Positions 36,067 through 46,755 of a DNA stretch of 50,972 nt are shown piece by piece. Position numbers and translations under genes: made by a program. Each line of letters begins with the position of its first letter. Position 1 is the stretch's first letter. The notes below the pieces were generated by a model that worked only from the letters and a program-made list of their open reading frames with translations, was not told the origin of the DNA and did not search any database. Origin of the DNA: a virus (Duplodnaviria > Caudoviricetes); IMG/VR virus record IMGVR_UViG_3300044631_002617, positions 1 to 50,972 of that record; one strand, written 5' to 3'.

Positions 36067-37569
36067 TTACTCGCCGTACTGGCGATCCGTCGAGACGCCG
36101 GTGAGCTTCAGGCCGGCCGGCTGATCCGGGACGAGCTGCATGCGCAGCATGCCCGGCATCTGGGCGCCTTCCGTCAGCAGGCTGTTGCCGCTGCCGGTAG
36201 CCACCTTCGTGATCGGGACCTTGATGCTGGAGTAACCCAGCGCCGGGCCGACGAACTCGAAGGGGATGAAGGACTCAGCCTTGTCGAACTTCTGCGTGCC
36301 CTTCGGGCTCGGGGGCACGTACTTCTTCCAGTTCGCAGCGCCCTTCTTCAGGCCGTACACGGTGCCGTCCTCGATGTAGTTCGAGGTGTAGCCCGTGTAG
36401 GTGCGGCCGTCGAAGGTGAACTTGAAGCCTTCCTGGCTGCCCTCGTTCGTGAGGCTCGACAGGCGGTTCGTGCGGTCCAGCATGTACTGGCCGATCTTCT
36501 GCGCCTCGTAGTTCAGCCACACACCATCGGACGCGATGAGCGTGTCGATGGTCTGGCCGTACTTCTCCTTCGCACGGTGGAAGCCACGCAGGTACTGGCG
36601 GAGCTTGTGCTCCGTCAGGGTGCCGACGCTGGTCTTGAAGAACGACTTGAACTCCGGGTGCACGCCGACGTCGATCTGGTTTGCAGAATCGGCATCGTTG
36701 CCCAGGAGGTTGCCGCTGTTCTTCAGCCAGCTGTTGATGCCCGCGATGCCGTAGCTGCGGCCGTTGGCGAAGTGAATCGCGTAGGCAGCAACGTTGAACG
36801 TCACGGAGGTCGTGCCGATCACGGTGATGCTGACGTTGTTCGAGACCTCGTCAACCTTGGACACGATGGCGTTGAGGCGGTTGCCCGAGCCATCGACGTT
36901 CAGGCGGGTGGAACCGTTGAAGATGTCCACGCGCATGCCGACCGCGTAACGGTCGATGTTCAGCTCGGCCGGCGTGAAGGTCACGACGGTGTTGCCGCTG
37001 CCAGTCGTCTGCGTCGGGCTGGTGCCCATCGTGCCGATCTGGTAGTTGCTGTTCTCGCTGATGTACCAGTAGTTGCACAGGGTCTGAGCGATCAGACGAG
37101 CGTGACCCTCGAGCTTCGGCGCCAGGACCTCACCGATGAACGCGGGGGTCGCCTCGGCCTGCATCTCACCCAGGGTGACGAGCAGGTTGGAGACCATCGC
37201 CTTCATGCCGATGCCCAGGCGGTACGGACGCGCCATTGCGCCTTCCGTAGCGTCCGGCCAGGTCTGCGTGAGACCCTGGGTCTGGAGCTTGTCAGCAACG
37301 TTCGTGATGGTGTTGTCGCCGAACAGCACGAAGTTGTTGCGGCTGTCAGCCATCTCGAACACGCCAGCCATCGAGCCCATGTAGATCTTCAGGATCTTCA
37401 TGTCACGACCGATGAGGTTGGCCTGGCCAACGCCCTGGCTGGTGACGGTGGTGTCACGCCAAGCGGGGTCCAGAGCCGGAAGGAAGACCTCAATGTTCTT
37501 GTTGAGGACCTCCTGGATGCGGAGCGACTGCGCGCCAAACAGCGAGCCAGTCGTAACGGTGTAAGCCAT
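36067..37569 (-). CDS. Major capsid protein
   Basis: Follows portal and scaffold, GGAGG RBS, strongly biased codons, terminator downstream. Confidence 0.8.
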   Translation of the reverse strand: MAYTVTTGSLFGAQSLRIQEVLNKNIEVFLPALDPAWRDTTVTSQGVGQANLIGRDMKILKIYMGSMAGVFEMADSRNNFVLFGDNTITNVADKLQTQGLTQTWPDATEGAMARPYRLGIGMKAMVSNLLVTLGEMQAEATPAFIGEVLAPKLEGHARLIAQTLCNYWYISENSNYQIGTMGTSPTQTTGSGNTVVTFTPAELNIDRYAVGMRVDIFNGSTRLNVDGSGNRLNAIVSKVDEVSNNVSITVIGTTSVTFNVAAYAIHFANGRSYGIAGINSWLKNSGNLLGNDADSANQIDVGVHPEFKSFFKTSVGTLTEHKLRQYLRGFHRAKEKYGQTIDTLIASDGVWLNYEAQKIGQYMLDRTNRLSSLTNEGSQEGFKFTFDGRTYTGYTSNYIEDGTVYGLKKGAANWKKYVPPSPKGTQKFDKAESFIPFEFVGPALGYSSIKVPITKVATGSGNSLLTEGAQMPGMLRMQLVPDQPAGLKLTGVSTDRQYGE

Positions 37570-37611
37570 GTCTAGTTGCCTCCGGCAACGTGCCGGTCAG
37601 AGTGCGGAAGT

Positions 37612-38508
37612 TCAGACCTTCGTTTCCCCACCAGCCGTCTCGTCGATGGCAAGGCGGGAAAGCGCGTCAACGTTGAAGCTGCGAAGATCCTTCTCGACCT
37701 CGCCGCGGTCAGTGCCCTTCTTGAATTCGGGGGGCGCGACCGGGGCCTTGGCCTTCAGGAACTCGAGCTCGCCTTCCGTTTCCGGCGACCGCCCGAGGGC
37801 ATCAATGTCGCCGATGACCGTGCGATAATTTCCTGCAACAGCCTTCGCCGCCTTCGCGGCTTCGTCCGCAACCCAGTCCTCGCTGAACTGTCCGCCAGCC
37901 GTATCACGACGGGCGTACAGGTTCTTGAGGGTGGCCTCACGGACCTGCTCCTGCAGAGCTCGCCAGGCACCCGCCGCATGATCGCGGCCACGGGTCTTGT
38001 CGAGCGTTTCCAGCATCTTAACGATCTCCGGGTTCCGGTCAATCGAATTCACGACTTCCCGGTCCATTTGCTCCTTCAGCAGACGCAGCCGCAGATCACG
38101 GGTTTCCCGTGCCGCCGCCTCTGCCCGCTCCTCCGCGGCCCGAGTGGTCCGCTTGAGCATCTGTTCGATCTGCGCTTCTTCGCTCACATCTGCCTCCTGG
38201 TCCCCACCAGACTCACCGTCCACGTAGTCCTGCGCGTACTCCCGCGCTTCCTGGTCGCTGAACCCCGCACCGCGCAGCACTTCGTACGCAGCCTGCAGGT
38301 CCGGGGTCTCGCCCTTCATCAGCTTCGTCGCGTTATCCCGGAACTTGTTCAGGTCCTGGACCTGGCTTCGGAGTTGGTTCGCCTCCTGCGACATGCGAAG
38401 GAGTTCTCCGACGGTCACGACCGTACCGTCTTCCATCTCCAGTTCGGTGTCCATGTCGATGCCGTCATCCTGCGGCTCATTGTCGGGGTGGATGCTTGCG
38501 TCAGCCAT
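37612..38508 (-). CDS. Capsid scaffolding protein
   Basis: Acidic N-terminus, VTVGELL motif, coiled coil, lies between portal and capsid. Confidence 0.72.
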   Translation of the reverse strand: MADASIHPDNEPQDDGIDMDTELEMEDGTVVTVGELLRMSQEANQLRSQVQDLNKFRDNATKLMKGETPDLQAAYEVLRGAGFSDQEAREYAQDYVDGESGGDQEADVSEEAQIEQMLKRTTRAAEERAEAAARETRDLRLRLLKEQMDREVVNSIDRNPEIVKMLETLDKTRGRDHAAGAWRALQEQVREATLKNLYARRDTAGGQFSEDWVADEAAKAAKAVAGNYRTVIGDIDALGRSPETEGELEFLKAKAPVAPPEFKKGTDRGEVEKDLRSFNVDALSRLAIDETAGGETKV

Positions 38509-40495
38509 TCATTGCTCCTTGAGGTGGTTGTGCTCCGGGACCGATCCGGCCGGCGACCATGTCAGGGTTGACATTGGCAACGTCGTCCGGGTTCGGGACC
38601 ATCGCGGGAAGGGACTGTCCCATGAACGAGATCAGGGACTCACGGTAGGCCTTGAACGCGTCCTGCACTCCGGGACTCGCCACTGCCATGATCGGGTTGG
38701 ACATGAACGCGCTCAGCACCCTGAGCTGCAGGTCAGGCCGCGCGGTGTGCGGGGTCAGCACGATCTGCTGGGTCTGCTGACCGTCGCCGTACAGCAGCAG
38801 GATGTTGCGGATCACGCACTCGTACGCGCTCTTCTCCTCGTCCATCCACACGGCGAGGTCGATGCCTTCCTTCATGGCAAACAGCTTGACGCCCTCGGGG
38901 TCCGTCAGTCCTGCCTGCAGAAGGCCCATCATCTCCTGCTTCCGCACCGTCTCGCTGCGCGGGCTGGTGTCCCGCACGGTAAACGAGAGCTGGCTGAAGT
39001 TGGGGATTGGGTTCTTCTTGAAGTTGACCGTCCCCTCCTCGGGGTCGATCACCGCACCCGCCAGGTCCAGCGTCAGCTTGTTGACCGGCAGCGCCCGGTC
39101 GCTCATCAGCATCTCGCGGCTCGCCTTCGCCACCAGGCTCTTGTACATGGTGCCGAATGCCATCTGCACACCGCTGGTGGGGTTCGTCATCGCCTTGCTG
39201 ATCTGCTCGTCGAGGAACTGCAGACCGCTTGCGCTGTCCACTCGGCCCTTTTCCGCCAGCAGGTCCTGCACCGGGCTGATGCTGTCCGCAATCGCCTTCG
39301 CGAACTGCGCGACCTTGCCCGGCACGTCACCCGCATTGTGCGGCGTGATGACCATGGGCTTGAAGTCGTCGCCCAGGATCGCGTCCTTGCTGTAGCTGAT
39401 GTACCGCAGGCCCTTGCCGATGTCACGCATCACCGCACGCTCGTTGATCGTGCCCTGCGGCATGACCAGAACGCCGTACTTGTCGATGTCGCGGATGTTG
39501 TTGAACAGGCTCTTCAGCAGCCGTTCCATCTCGCGCACGATGCCGAACATCAGGTCGAACACGCCCGCGCCGTGGAACGTGCCGTTGTCCATGAACCGGG
39601 CCACGCCGAGCGGGCAGTACGTCTCAACCTCGCTCAGGTCACGGTCGTCGAGCGTTACGCCACCGCTGGTCACCACGTACCGGTTGACCGTCCCACGCGG
39701 GCCGTCCATCCACAGCTCGCGGACCTTGACCACTTCCATCTCGTTGCTGCCGGGCACACCGTTCAGCGCGCCGGTGCTTGCGGAGTTCAGGACGTAACCG
39801 TTGCCGGGAGCGTCCGCGGGCTCTTCCATGTCATGCCCGTACTCCCAGCTCCACGCGTCCATCTTCTCCTTGTTCTTCTCAAGGAACGCCTTGCCGAACC
39901 GTTCCTGCAGGAACGTCATCGGCACGATGCGCTGACGGATGATCCCCCGGACTTTCGTGAAGTCGTGGCCCAGGCTCGGGAACGGCAGGATCTCCTTGGG
40001 ATGCACGACCTCCAGGTCGCTCGTCAACCCGATGGTGGGGTGATCGACAATGTGCCCCGTGATGCCCGCGCAGCCAAGCGTGGTGAACAGGTAGTTGAAC
40101 TCCCGCTTCACCTTCTCGAGCTGCTGGTCGCTCACAACCGCATCCGCCACCAGCTGCGCCACGCTCCGCTCGCGGATGCCCGCGAGGCTGAAGCCCTGCC
40201 TCAACGCCTTCGGACGCAGGTCCATCGTGTTGAGGCGCGCCGTCGTCTTGTCGATGATCGAGATCAGCTCGGTGGACTGGAACTCCATGTTCCCGTCCTC
40301 GTCGAGGTAGTACGGCACCACGCGCGTCGTGCGCGGGTCGAAGACGTCGAAGCGCCGGAAGCCGTTCAGGTAGAACCACGCCAGGATCCACAGCGTCCGC
40401 CGATACGTGAGCTTCGTCATCTCACGTTCGCAGTGCTGGTCGATCACCTTTGCCAGCAGGTACTTGTCCTTGGGCAGCGTGTATGAGTCATGCAT
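38501..40495 (-). CDS. Portal protein
   Basis: 664 aa, downstream of terminase, GRVDSASGLQFL, P/Q-rich tail. Confidence 0.8.
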   Translation of the reverse strand: MHDSYTLPKDKYLLAKVIDQHCEREMTKLTYRRTLWILAWFYLNGFRRFDVFDPRTTRVVPYYLDEDGNMEFQSTELISIIDKTTARLNTMDLRPKALRQGFSLAGIRERSVAQLVADAVVSDQQLEKVKREFNYLFTTLGCAGITGHIVDHPTIGLTSDLEVVHPKEILPFPSLGHDFTKVRGIIRQRIVPMTFLQERFGKAFLEKNKEKMDAWSWEYGHDMEEPADAPGNGYVLNSASTGALNGVPGSNEMEVVKVRELWMDGPRGTVNRYVVTSGGVTLDDRDLSEVETYCPLGVARFMDNGTFHGAGVFDLMFGIVREMERLLKSLFNNIRDIDKYGVLVMPQGTINERAVMRDIGKGLRYISYSKDAILGDDFKPMVITPHNAGDVPGKVAQFAKAIADSISPVQDLLAEKGRVDSASGLQFLDEQISKAMTNPTSGVQMAFGTMYKSLVAKASREMLMSDRALPVNKLTLDLAGAVIDPEEGTVNFKKNPIPNFSQLSFTVRDTSPRSETVRKQEMMGLLQAGLTDPEGVKLFAMKEGIDLAVWMDEEKSAYECVIRNILLLYGDGQQTQQIVLTPHTARPDLQLRVLSAFMSNPIMAVASPGVQDAFKAYRESLISFMGQSLPAMVPNPDDVANVNPDMVAGRIGPGAQPPQGAMNG

Positions 40496-40733
40496 CGTTC
40501 TGTCGCTTCCTCAGGGACTTCCAGCCAGGCGGCATCTCCTCGAACAGCTCGACGCCCTTCATGTTGAAGGACGACATCGGCGAGGGATCCGGCTGCGGCA
40601 CCTTCTGGTCGGTCGGTGTCGCATTCATCCGGTCCTCAACCTGCTGCCCATAATACGCTTGGGACAGCATCTGAAAGTATACGAACGGAATCGTGACGTA
40701 CAGGGGATTAGACGCGCGAGCCTCGTTTTGCAT
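40488..40733 (-). CDS. Hypothetical protein
   Basis: GGAG RBS, fills the gap between terminase and portal. Confidence 0.6.
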   Translation of the reverse strand: MQNEARASNPLYVTIPFVYFQMLSQAYYGQQVEDRMNATPTDQKVPQPDPSPMSSFNMKGVELFEEMPPGWKSLRKRQNDA

Positions 40734-42654
40734 TTGGCTTTTCCTCCATGCCATTCATCAGGGACTGAACAGACATCCGGTTGAAATCCATCGCTTCGAC
40801 CGCTGCACCCCCACCAGCCAAGGGGTCGCGGACACTTCCGTCCGACAGCATCTGCTCGAAGTCGAGCGTGGTGGGCTGCTCCCCGGGGGCCAACTGGCGG
40901 TCCAACCGGCCCCGGACCACGAACATGCTCATCGCCACCGTGTCCAGGAAGTCGTCGTGCTGGAGGCCGCCGCTCTCCGCGTCCGGGTTGAACTGCTCGA
41001 TCTGGTCGAACAGGAGCCGCCACGGGAGCTGCCCCCTGCGCCAGACGGGGAACTTTATGAGCCCATGCTCGAACCGGTAGTGCAGGGCGTTGATCTTGCT
41101 GGTCTTGTCCAGCGTGCCCACCCGCAGGGGGATGATCCGGGGCGGGGTCTCGCCCGTAACCTCCGCCGCCTTCTGCCGCACCATGCTCTCCATCGCCGCG
41201 TACAGGCCGAACGACTGCCGCACCACCTCGGGGTGAATCGTCGGGCACCCCCACCTGCCGGCCATCGCAAACGACTTCTCGATCAGCGTCTGCTCCCGGC
41301 ACTGCGAGCCCCACGTGTCCAGCACGAACAGGCACGCGTCAACCGGGTCGTACCCCATCAGGGTGCAGACCTTGTAGTCGCTGTCGCTCGTCGCCGTGTA
41401 ACTGGTGTCCACGGTGATGAACATGCGGACCCGCTCCCGGAGGAACTGGGCCAGCGGCATCTTCTCCTCAAGCCCGCTCTTCCCATTCCAGCAAATCACC
41501 GCCTCGCTGCGCTTGGGATCCGTATCTACCAGTGGGTCCGGACTCTCGAGCCACCAGCCGTGGCGGGCCTGGGTAACCTCGCCGAAGTGCAGGTCCTCGG
41601 ACTCGCCCGGCTGGGCCAGGTACTCAGCCAGGTAGTTGTGGCTGCCGATCATCTCCCGGATCTCTTCCAGGCTGACCAGCCCCTTCAACTTGGGGTCCGC
41701 GTCCTTGGCTTTCCGGTCCAGCGGCCACATGCCCGGCCAACAGGACTTCCGCACCCCGTCCTCTTCGTACTCCGCCTTCAGCACCAGACGCGCCCACTGG
41801 TCGAAACGGGGGTCCGTTGCCACCTGACCGTGCGGCCCCGCCTGCGTCATCATCGCGTGCCACGCGTAGTGCCGCCGGCTCACGAACGTGGCCAGCCACC
41901 GCACGCTTGTATCACGCCGTGTCACCATTGGCATGACGACCTTGAACAGCAGCCGCTCCATGTACGACCGCAGCACGCTCATGCTCGTGCTGGCCTTCGG
42001 GTCATACTCCGGGTCATCCAGCGCATACACGCGCGGGCGACCACCGCGCTGACGGCTCTCGGCGCTGATTGCGCGGAACCAGCTGCCGTTGTTCAGGTAC
42101 ATCATCTCCACGCCGAACGACCGCTCACCCCTCTTGGGCGTGATGCGGCCATCAGGGAACTCCGGACCCCAATCGTCGAACAGACGCTGGTTGCCGAGGA
42201 ACTGGGTCTTCAGAACCTGGCTCGTCTGCTCCGCGTTGTCTATGCTGCTCGTCGCGTAGATGAAGGAGTACGCCGGGCGGCTAACCATCTGGAGGAGTGC
42301 CGACTTCCGGAAACAGTTGCTCTTGGCAAAGCCGCGGGGCGCAATCGCCACAGATCGCGGTGCGAGGGCCCACAGCCGGTAGATGGCGAAGTGGCCAAGC
42401 GGCGATTCGATGGGATCATCATCGTAGAAGTAAGGGTTGAACTCCTCTTCCCAATCCGGGTACAGGTAGTACCGGTCGAAGAAGTTGATGCACGCAGCCA
42501 GCGCGTGCGCCCGATCCATGGGATCGCCACCCAGTTGCCACTGCTTGCACGCGTTCACCCGGGCCAGCCTCTGGCCTTCGGGCGTCAGCGTCAGGTAGTC
42601 CGCCGGCAGCGGGTAGAAGTCGTTTCCCTTGCGCTCGATCCGGACAATGCTCAA
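40708..42654 (-). CDS. terL: Terminase large subunit
   Basis: Walker A APRGFAKS, RGGRP..LDDPE, nuclease VDTS...SD and HDDFLD. Start may be 42654 (TTG) or 42678. Confidence 0.93.
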   Translation of the reverse strand: MSIVRIERKGNDFYPLPADYLTLTPEGQRLARVNACKQWQLGGDPMDRAHALAACINFFDRYYLYPDWEEEFNPYFYDDDPIESPLGHFAIYRLWALAPRSVAIAPRGFAKSNCFRKSALLQMVSRPAYSFIYATSSIDNAEQTSQVLKTQFLGNQRLFDDWGPEFPDGRITPKRGERSFGVEMMYLNNGSWFRAISAESRQRGGRPRVYALDDPEYDPKASTSMSVLRSYMERLLFKVVMPMVTRRDTSVRWLATFVSRRHYAWHAMMTQAGPHGQVATDPRFDQWARLVLKAEYEEDGVRKSCWPGMWPLDRKAKDADPKLKGLVSLEEIREMIGSHNYLAEYLAQPGESEDLHFGEVTQARHGWWLESPDPLVDTDPKRSEAVICWNGKSGLEEKMPLAQFLRERVRMFITVDTSYTATSDSDYKVCTLMGYDPVDACLFVLDTWGSQCREQTLIEKSFAMAGRWGCPTIHPEVVRQSFGLYAAMESMVRQKAAEVTGETPPRIIPLRVGTLDKTSKINALHYRFEHGLIKFPVWRRGQLPWRLLFDQIEQFNPDAESGGLQHDDFLDTVAMSMFVVRGRLDRQLAPGEQPTTLDFEQMLSDGSVRDPLAGGGAAVEAMDFNRMSVQSLMNGMEEKPNAKRGSRV

Positions 42655-42989
42655 GTACGCCCCACCAGCCGCACGCAAGCAATGCGGAGGACGGCGACCG
42701 CCAGCATGCGCGGATCCTTCTGGAACCGGGCCAGGTCGTCGCAGACGTCGAACCAGTACTGCGTGACCTTGACCTCGTTGCGGATCATGTCGCCGAACAC
42801 GGGCGGCTCGACCGCACGGTAGATGCTGGGCTCACCGATTCCCAGATCCTGCAGGATGGCCGCGCCAAGGCGGTAGCACTCAATGGGCTCAAGACTCTGA
42901 ATCGTCTCGAACACCTTGAGATGCCGATCCGGAATCTCGAGCGGGGAGGAACTGGGCTGCGAACGGGAGACTGTCTGGGACTTGGACAT
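42651..42989 (-). CDS. Hypothetical protein
   Basis: GGAG RBS, coupled to terL. Confidence 0.65.
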   Translation of the reverse strand: MSKSQTVSRSQPSSSPLEIPDRHLKVFETIQSLEPIECYRLGAAILQDLGIGEPSIYRAVEPPVFGDMIRNEVKVTQYWFDVCDDLARFQKDPRMLAVAVLRIACVRLVGRT

Positions 42990-43308
42990 GGGACTTGCTC
43001 TCCTGAAGTGACTGCACCAACTTGGTGGTCGAACTGATCTTAACCGTCTGGTTGCCTTCCGTGTGCGTGATTTCCGCGTTCTGGCTCCGGATCACCCCGT
43101 TGATCTCCGCCGTCTCCCGCACCACGCCACGCAGCTGCTTCATCGCCGCCATCGCGACCTTCGGGTCCGGGTCCCGGCTGAACCCCACCAACCGCTCCAC
43201 TTCCTCCCGTGCTTCCCAGCCCGTGGACCGCAGGCCCAACGCCACGCCGTCCATGCCAAAGAAAGCGCGGATGCACTCGCTGTTCGGATCCGCACGTTCC
43301 TTCATCAC
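42889..43308 (-). CDS. Terminase small subunit candidate
   Basis: Helical, DPKVAMAAMKQL, upstream of terL. Confidence 0.5.
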   Translation of the reverse strand: MMKERADPNSECIRAFFGMDGVALGLRSTGWEAREEVERLVGFSRDPDPKVAMAAMKQLRGVVRETAEINGVIRSQNAEITHTEGNQTVKISSTTKLVQSLQESKSHVQVPDSLPFAAQFLPARDSGSASQGVRDDSES

Positions 43309-44993
43309 TTGCGGCCTTCCTTGTACTGACGGGGCAACTTCACTGCCTTCCCAAGTTCAAGCAGTCGGGACAAAGCACTACGACCGGAAGCAGTCTTACG
43401 TCCTGCCTTGCGCGGCTTCCCCTTCGGCACGTAGTCCGGTGGAACACCTCGCGCCCTAGGATGTTCCCTGAACGGAGCGTTTCGGCTATCAAGAATGTTT
43501 TCGTGGGCCCCGCCCAAACCACCGGGCCGTCTCGGACGTGGCTCTCCGCGAGCCACGAGCGCATCAAGGGCGCGGCCGATTGCTTCGTTCTCGCGGGCAA
43601 TCTTTGCACTGCCTTCCGTATCAACGCCGCTGGCGCCAGGATCCTGAACGTAGGTCCGCGGCTTGAGGCCGGCTTCCGACCGCGTCGTTGCCCTCTTTGC
43701 CTTAGGCAGTGGTTCTGCAACGCCCTTTCGCTTTGCCTTGCCGGAAACCTCCCGAAGGTTTCGCGGTGCAGGCCCCCGCGCTTCTGCATCTTCCTGGCGG
43801 ATCCTCGCAGCCTCGCGCATGGCCCGGCGCTGCATTTCGTTCTGCGCCGATTCAGCCTTCTTCGCTTCAGCCGCCCGTTCCTTCGCGTCGGTGGGAACAA
43901 CCTTTGGCTTTCCCTTGCGGCGGGTAACCAATGTGCCGCTGGAAGCGCTGTACTTGTTGGGAACAAACTCGGGCTTGTCTCCATCCTTTGCGCGTGCTGC
44001 CGCAAGCTTCTTTTCGGAAGCCATGCGCTTTGCGATGGATGCACGGCTGCGGGCGTAAGGGGACTTTGGGCCCAGGCCACCGAGGGCATCGAGCAGCTTG
44101 CGGACCAGCCCGCGTGCGCCGCCCTTTTCGCGGGCTGCAGTCGCGCCGAACACGCCGGTAGGCTCGATGTCCTGCGTGCCAAGGATGCGCGGCTTCAGCG
44201 CGTCTGGCTGACCCTCAGCCTTTGCGCCCTCCATGAAACGGCCCCTGTCGCCGGCACTTGCGATTCGCCTGCGCGCCAGCTTCTCCGCCTCGCGAGCCTG
44301 CTCTGGCCGAAGCATCAGCGGCATCTCGCTCTGACCGGGGCGGGAGAACTCGATTTCGTCACCCGTGCGGGTGGGGGTCATCGGCACGTCGCGGATCTTG
44401 GCTTCGGAACCCCCCCGCGGAATCGCAAGTTCCTGGAGGATTGCCAATGCCTCTTCGCGGGTCTTGGGCACAGGGGGTCGGCCGATGTACTGCGTCTCGA
44501 CGCCTGCACTGCGGGCACCAGCTGCACGCGCTGACGCCATGCGGGCTTCGAGGGAGCCGGGGATCTCGCCCTCTTGCTCAGCCGCCTGCTGGGTGATCAT
44601 GTACAGCTGCTGGCCCGGCTTGGTCTGCAGCGACTCCTTGACCACGCGCAGGATGGGATTCGGGATGTCCTCCTCCATCTTGGGCTTGGCGCCCGGAACA
44701 ACAACCTTCTCCTGCACCCGCTCAGGCGTGATAGACCCAATCTCCTCATCCGGCGCCAGCCCGGTCATCATGCGGGACTGACGGTTCTTCAGGATCTCCC
44801 CACCGTAGACCGCGTAGGCCTTGGCTGCATCTGCCGCTTCTGGCCGCAGGGCACCCATGTCCACGGCCTGCCTGACGGCCTGCTTGATGCGGCTGGCAGA
44901 CATGCTGGTGTCCCCGGACAGGGCAATGATGCGCCAGACTTCGCTCAGCTCGTCGGGGGTTGGCGCGTTCTCAATCTTGATCCGCTTGGCCAT
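43305..44993 (-). CDS. 562-aa basic, largely low-complexity protein
   Basis: AGGAG RBS, R/K/A/P/G-rich C-terminal half. Confidence 0.75.
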   Translation of the reverse strand: MAKRIKIENAPTPDELSEVWRIIALSGDTSMSASRIKQAVRQAVDMGALRPEAADAAKAYAVYGGEILKNRQSRMMTGLAPDEEIGSITPERVQEKVVVPGAKPKMEEDIPNPILRVVKESLQTKPGQQLYMITQQAAEQEGEIPGSLEARMASARAAGARSAGVETQYIGRPPVPKTREEALAILQELAIPRGGSEAKIRDVPMTPTRTGDEIEFSRPGQSEMPLMLRPEQAREAEKLARRRIASAGDRGRFMEGAKAEGQPDALKPRILGTQDIEPTGVFGATAAREKGGARGLVRKLLDALGGLGPKSPYARSRASIAKRMASEKKLAAARAKDGDKPEFVPNKYSASSGTLVTRRKGKPKVVPTDAKERAAEAKKAESAQNEMQRRAMREAARIRQEDAEARGPAPRNLREVSGKAKRKGVAEPLPKAKRATTRSEAGLKPRTYVQDPGASGVDTEGSAKIARENEAIGRALDALVARGEPRPRRPGGLGGAHENILDSRNAPFREHPRARGVPPDYVPKGKPRKAGRKTASGRSALSRLLELGKAVKLPRQYKEGRK

Positions 44994-45468
44994 TTGCCTG
45001 CTCCTGTTCGCCGGACGGGATCAGTGTAAGCACAAACCGGGTCAGTTCAGCGGCCGCACTCCTGATTGCCGCACGATCCGCTGGTGGGGTCTGCAGCCCG
45101 TGCATTCGCCGTGCGTCGATGATGGACCGCACCACCAGCTTCCAGTTCCTCTGCACCTCCTGCGGATCGACCTTGATGCGGTAGTGGTTGCTGGGCAACG
45201 CAGACCGCTTCAGGTACGAGTTGCTGGCGCAGAAGTCACGGTTTCCGGGGACCGACAGGTTCTTGATGCACACCTGGAACACGGCGGGATCGACGAACCC
45301 CACCTTGCCGAAGTAGATCAAGGGGCAGCAGATGGACCGGCACAGCGAACGGAACGACCGGTTGTTGGTGATTCCGAACGGCCGCAGTTCTCGGATGTAG
45401 TACTCCTCCGACATGAGGCGCACGCCCCTGCCGAAGGAGATCACCCACTGCTCGTCCTGCTTGCTCAA
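44971..45468 (-). CDS. Hypothetical protein
   Basis: TTGA coupling, typical codon usage. Confidence 0.7.
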   Translation of the reverse strand: MSKQDEQWVISFGRGVRLMSEEYYIRELRPFGITNNRSFRSLCRSICCPLIYFGKVGFVDPAVFQVCIKNLSVPGNRDFCASNSYLKRSALPSNHYRIKVDPQEVQRNWKLVVRSIIDARRMHGLQTPPADRAAIRSAAAELTRFVLTLIPSGEQEQANGQADQD

Positions 45469-46676
45469 TAGAACTTGCCGGGGAAGTAGTACATGCTGCG
45501 CGGATCGCTGAACGACTTGGGCATCAGAGCATCAATGATGTTTGGCACTGGCTTAAATCGGTTTGAAATGGGATCTGCCCCGATGTTTCCACCGCTTGCA
45601 AGATCACGCGGAGCCCGCGGGATGTCCATCGAGCGAGCCCGATCAAGCCAAGACGCGCGCTCGTCCGACTGATTGGCGCGTTCGGTTTCGCGTGCAAGTT
45701 GTTCGCGGAAGCGCTGAAGGCGTTCCTGCGTTTCCCTTGCTTCTCCCTCAGGCGTGTTGAAGTACGACAGACCCTGCGTAGAAACTCCGGACACCAAGTC
45801 GCCAAGGGCTTCGGCAATCTGCGTCGGCTGCGACGGGACAAGAGGATTCTTGTCCGGGCTCAATGCCATGCTCTTCTCTTGCGTCAGGCGCTGGCTCTGC
45901 TGTTCCGGGCTCATGCGGAACGGGGACGGCGCAGATCGGGGCATGTCAAACACACGACTAACGCCGCTAGGCAGATTCTTTGCCTCAAGATTGGCCATTC
46001 GCTCCGAAATTCGCTGCGCGTCCCTTGCTTCTTGTGCCTTCCTTGCAGCTATTTCCTGCCGTTCTCCAGGGAAAGCCTGATCGTAAATCGACTCAGCGGT
46101 GGAAACCGGAGGTTCAACAATTGGTGCAGGAGTTGCAGCCTTCATTGGAGCAGCCAAAACAGGAGCGACTGCTTCTGAAATCTGCTTGTTTATCTTTGCA
46201 TCGGATGCGGCGCGGGCAGCCTGAACTTGCTCGCGCGCCCGTGCAGCTTCAACATCATGCTGGGCTCCACGATAAGCGGAAATCACGCCTGCCACAGGCG
46301 AATCATCGCCATACACGTTGATCAACTGCCTGTTTGCAAATGCGCGTGATGGCGCATTCATTTCGGCCGCCTGCTCTGCGGTGGGTGCTCCAAACAAAGG
46401 ACGGGCCATGGGAGCCCTTGGAGCATTTGTGGTGCTTGCAGGGGTAGGGCGAACAGGCGTGGTTTCGGCTGCGGTTGTCTTTGTAGCAGCAGGGGCCTGC
46501 TTGCGCTTCTCGGCAAGAGCGCGGCGTTCCTCGCGCATCTTCTCGATTTCAAGGAGGTGACGCTCGCGGGCCATAGCCTGCTGGCGCTGATGCTCAGCAA
46601 AGTCAGCGACGGTAAGCGGGCGGCTACGACGGCCGCGTGGATCAGGACCAGGTCCACGGTAGTTGTAGTTGTTCAT
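45465..46676 (-). CDS. Ala/Pro/Gln/Arg-rich protein, first gene of the leftward arm
   Basis: AAGGA RBS before MNNYNYRG, lower-GC codons. Confidence 0.7.
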   Translation of the reverse strand: MNNYNYRGPGPDPRGRRSRPLTVADFAEHQRQQAMARERHLLEIEKMREERRALAEKRKQAPAATKTTAAETTPVRPTPASTTNAPRAPMARPLFGAPTAEQAAEMNAPSRAFANRQLINVYGDDSPVAGVISAYRGAQHDVEAARAREQVQAARAASDAKINKQISEAVAPVLAAPMKAATPAPIVEPPVSTAESIYDQAFPGERQEIAARKAQEARDAQRISERMANLEAKNLPSGVSRVFDMPRSAPSPFRMSPEQQSQRLTQEKSMALSPDKNPLVPSQPTQIAEALGDLVSGVSTQGLSYFNTPEGEARETQERLQRFREQLARETERANQSDERASWLDRARSMDIPRAPRDLASGGNIGADPISNRFKPVPNIIDALMPKSFSDPRSMYYFPGKFY

Positions 46677-46703
46677 TAGTTTGTGATCCTTCGGCTTCCG
46701 GCG

Positions 46704-46732
46704 TTGAAACGTTCGGGATTCGCGGGCATAAT
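46704..46732 (+). promoter_or_regulatory. Sigma70-like promoter for the helicase gene
   Basis: TTGAAA-17 nt-CATAAT. Confidence 0.6.
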
Positions 46733-46755
46733 TGGTCTTCCAACAAGGAGAGAGT

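Noticed and set aside
40693-42822. Long opposite-strand ORFs (also 13582-15492, 15320-17335, 38345-40486, 46642-48321, 2218-3672)
   Set aside because: They are shadow frames of real high-GC genes and carry no motifs of their own.
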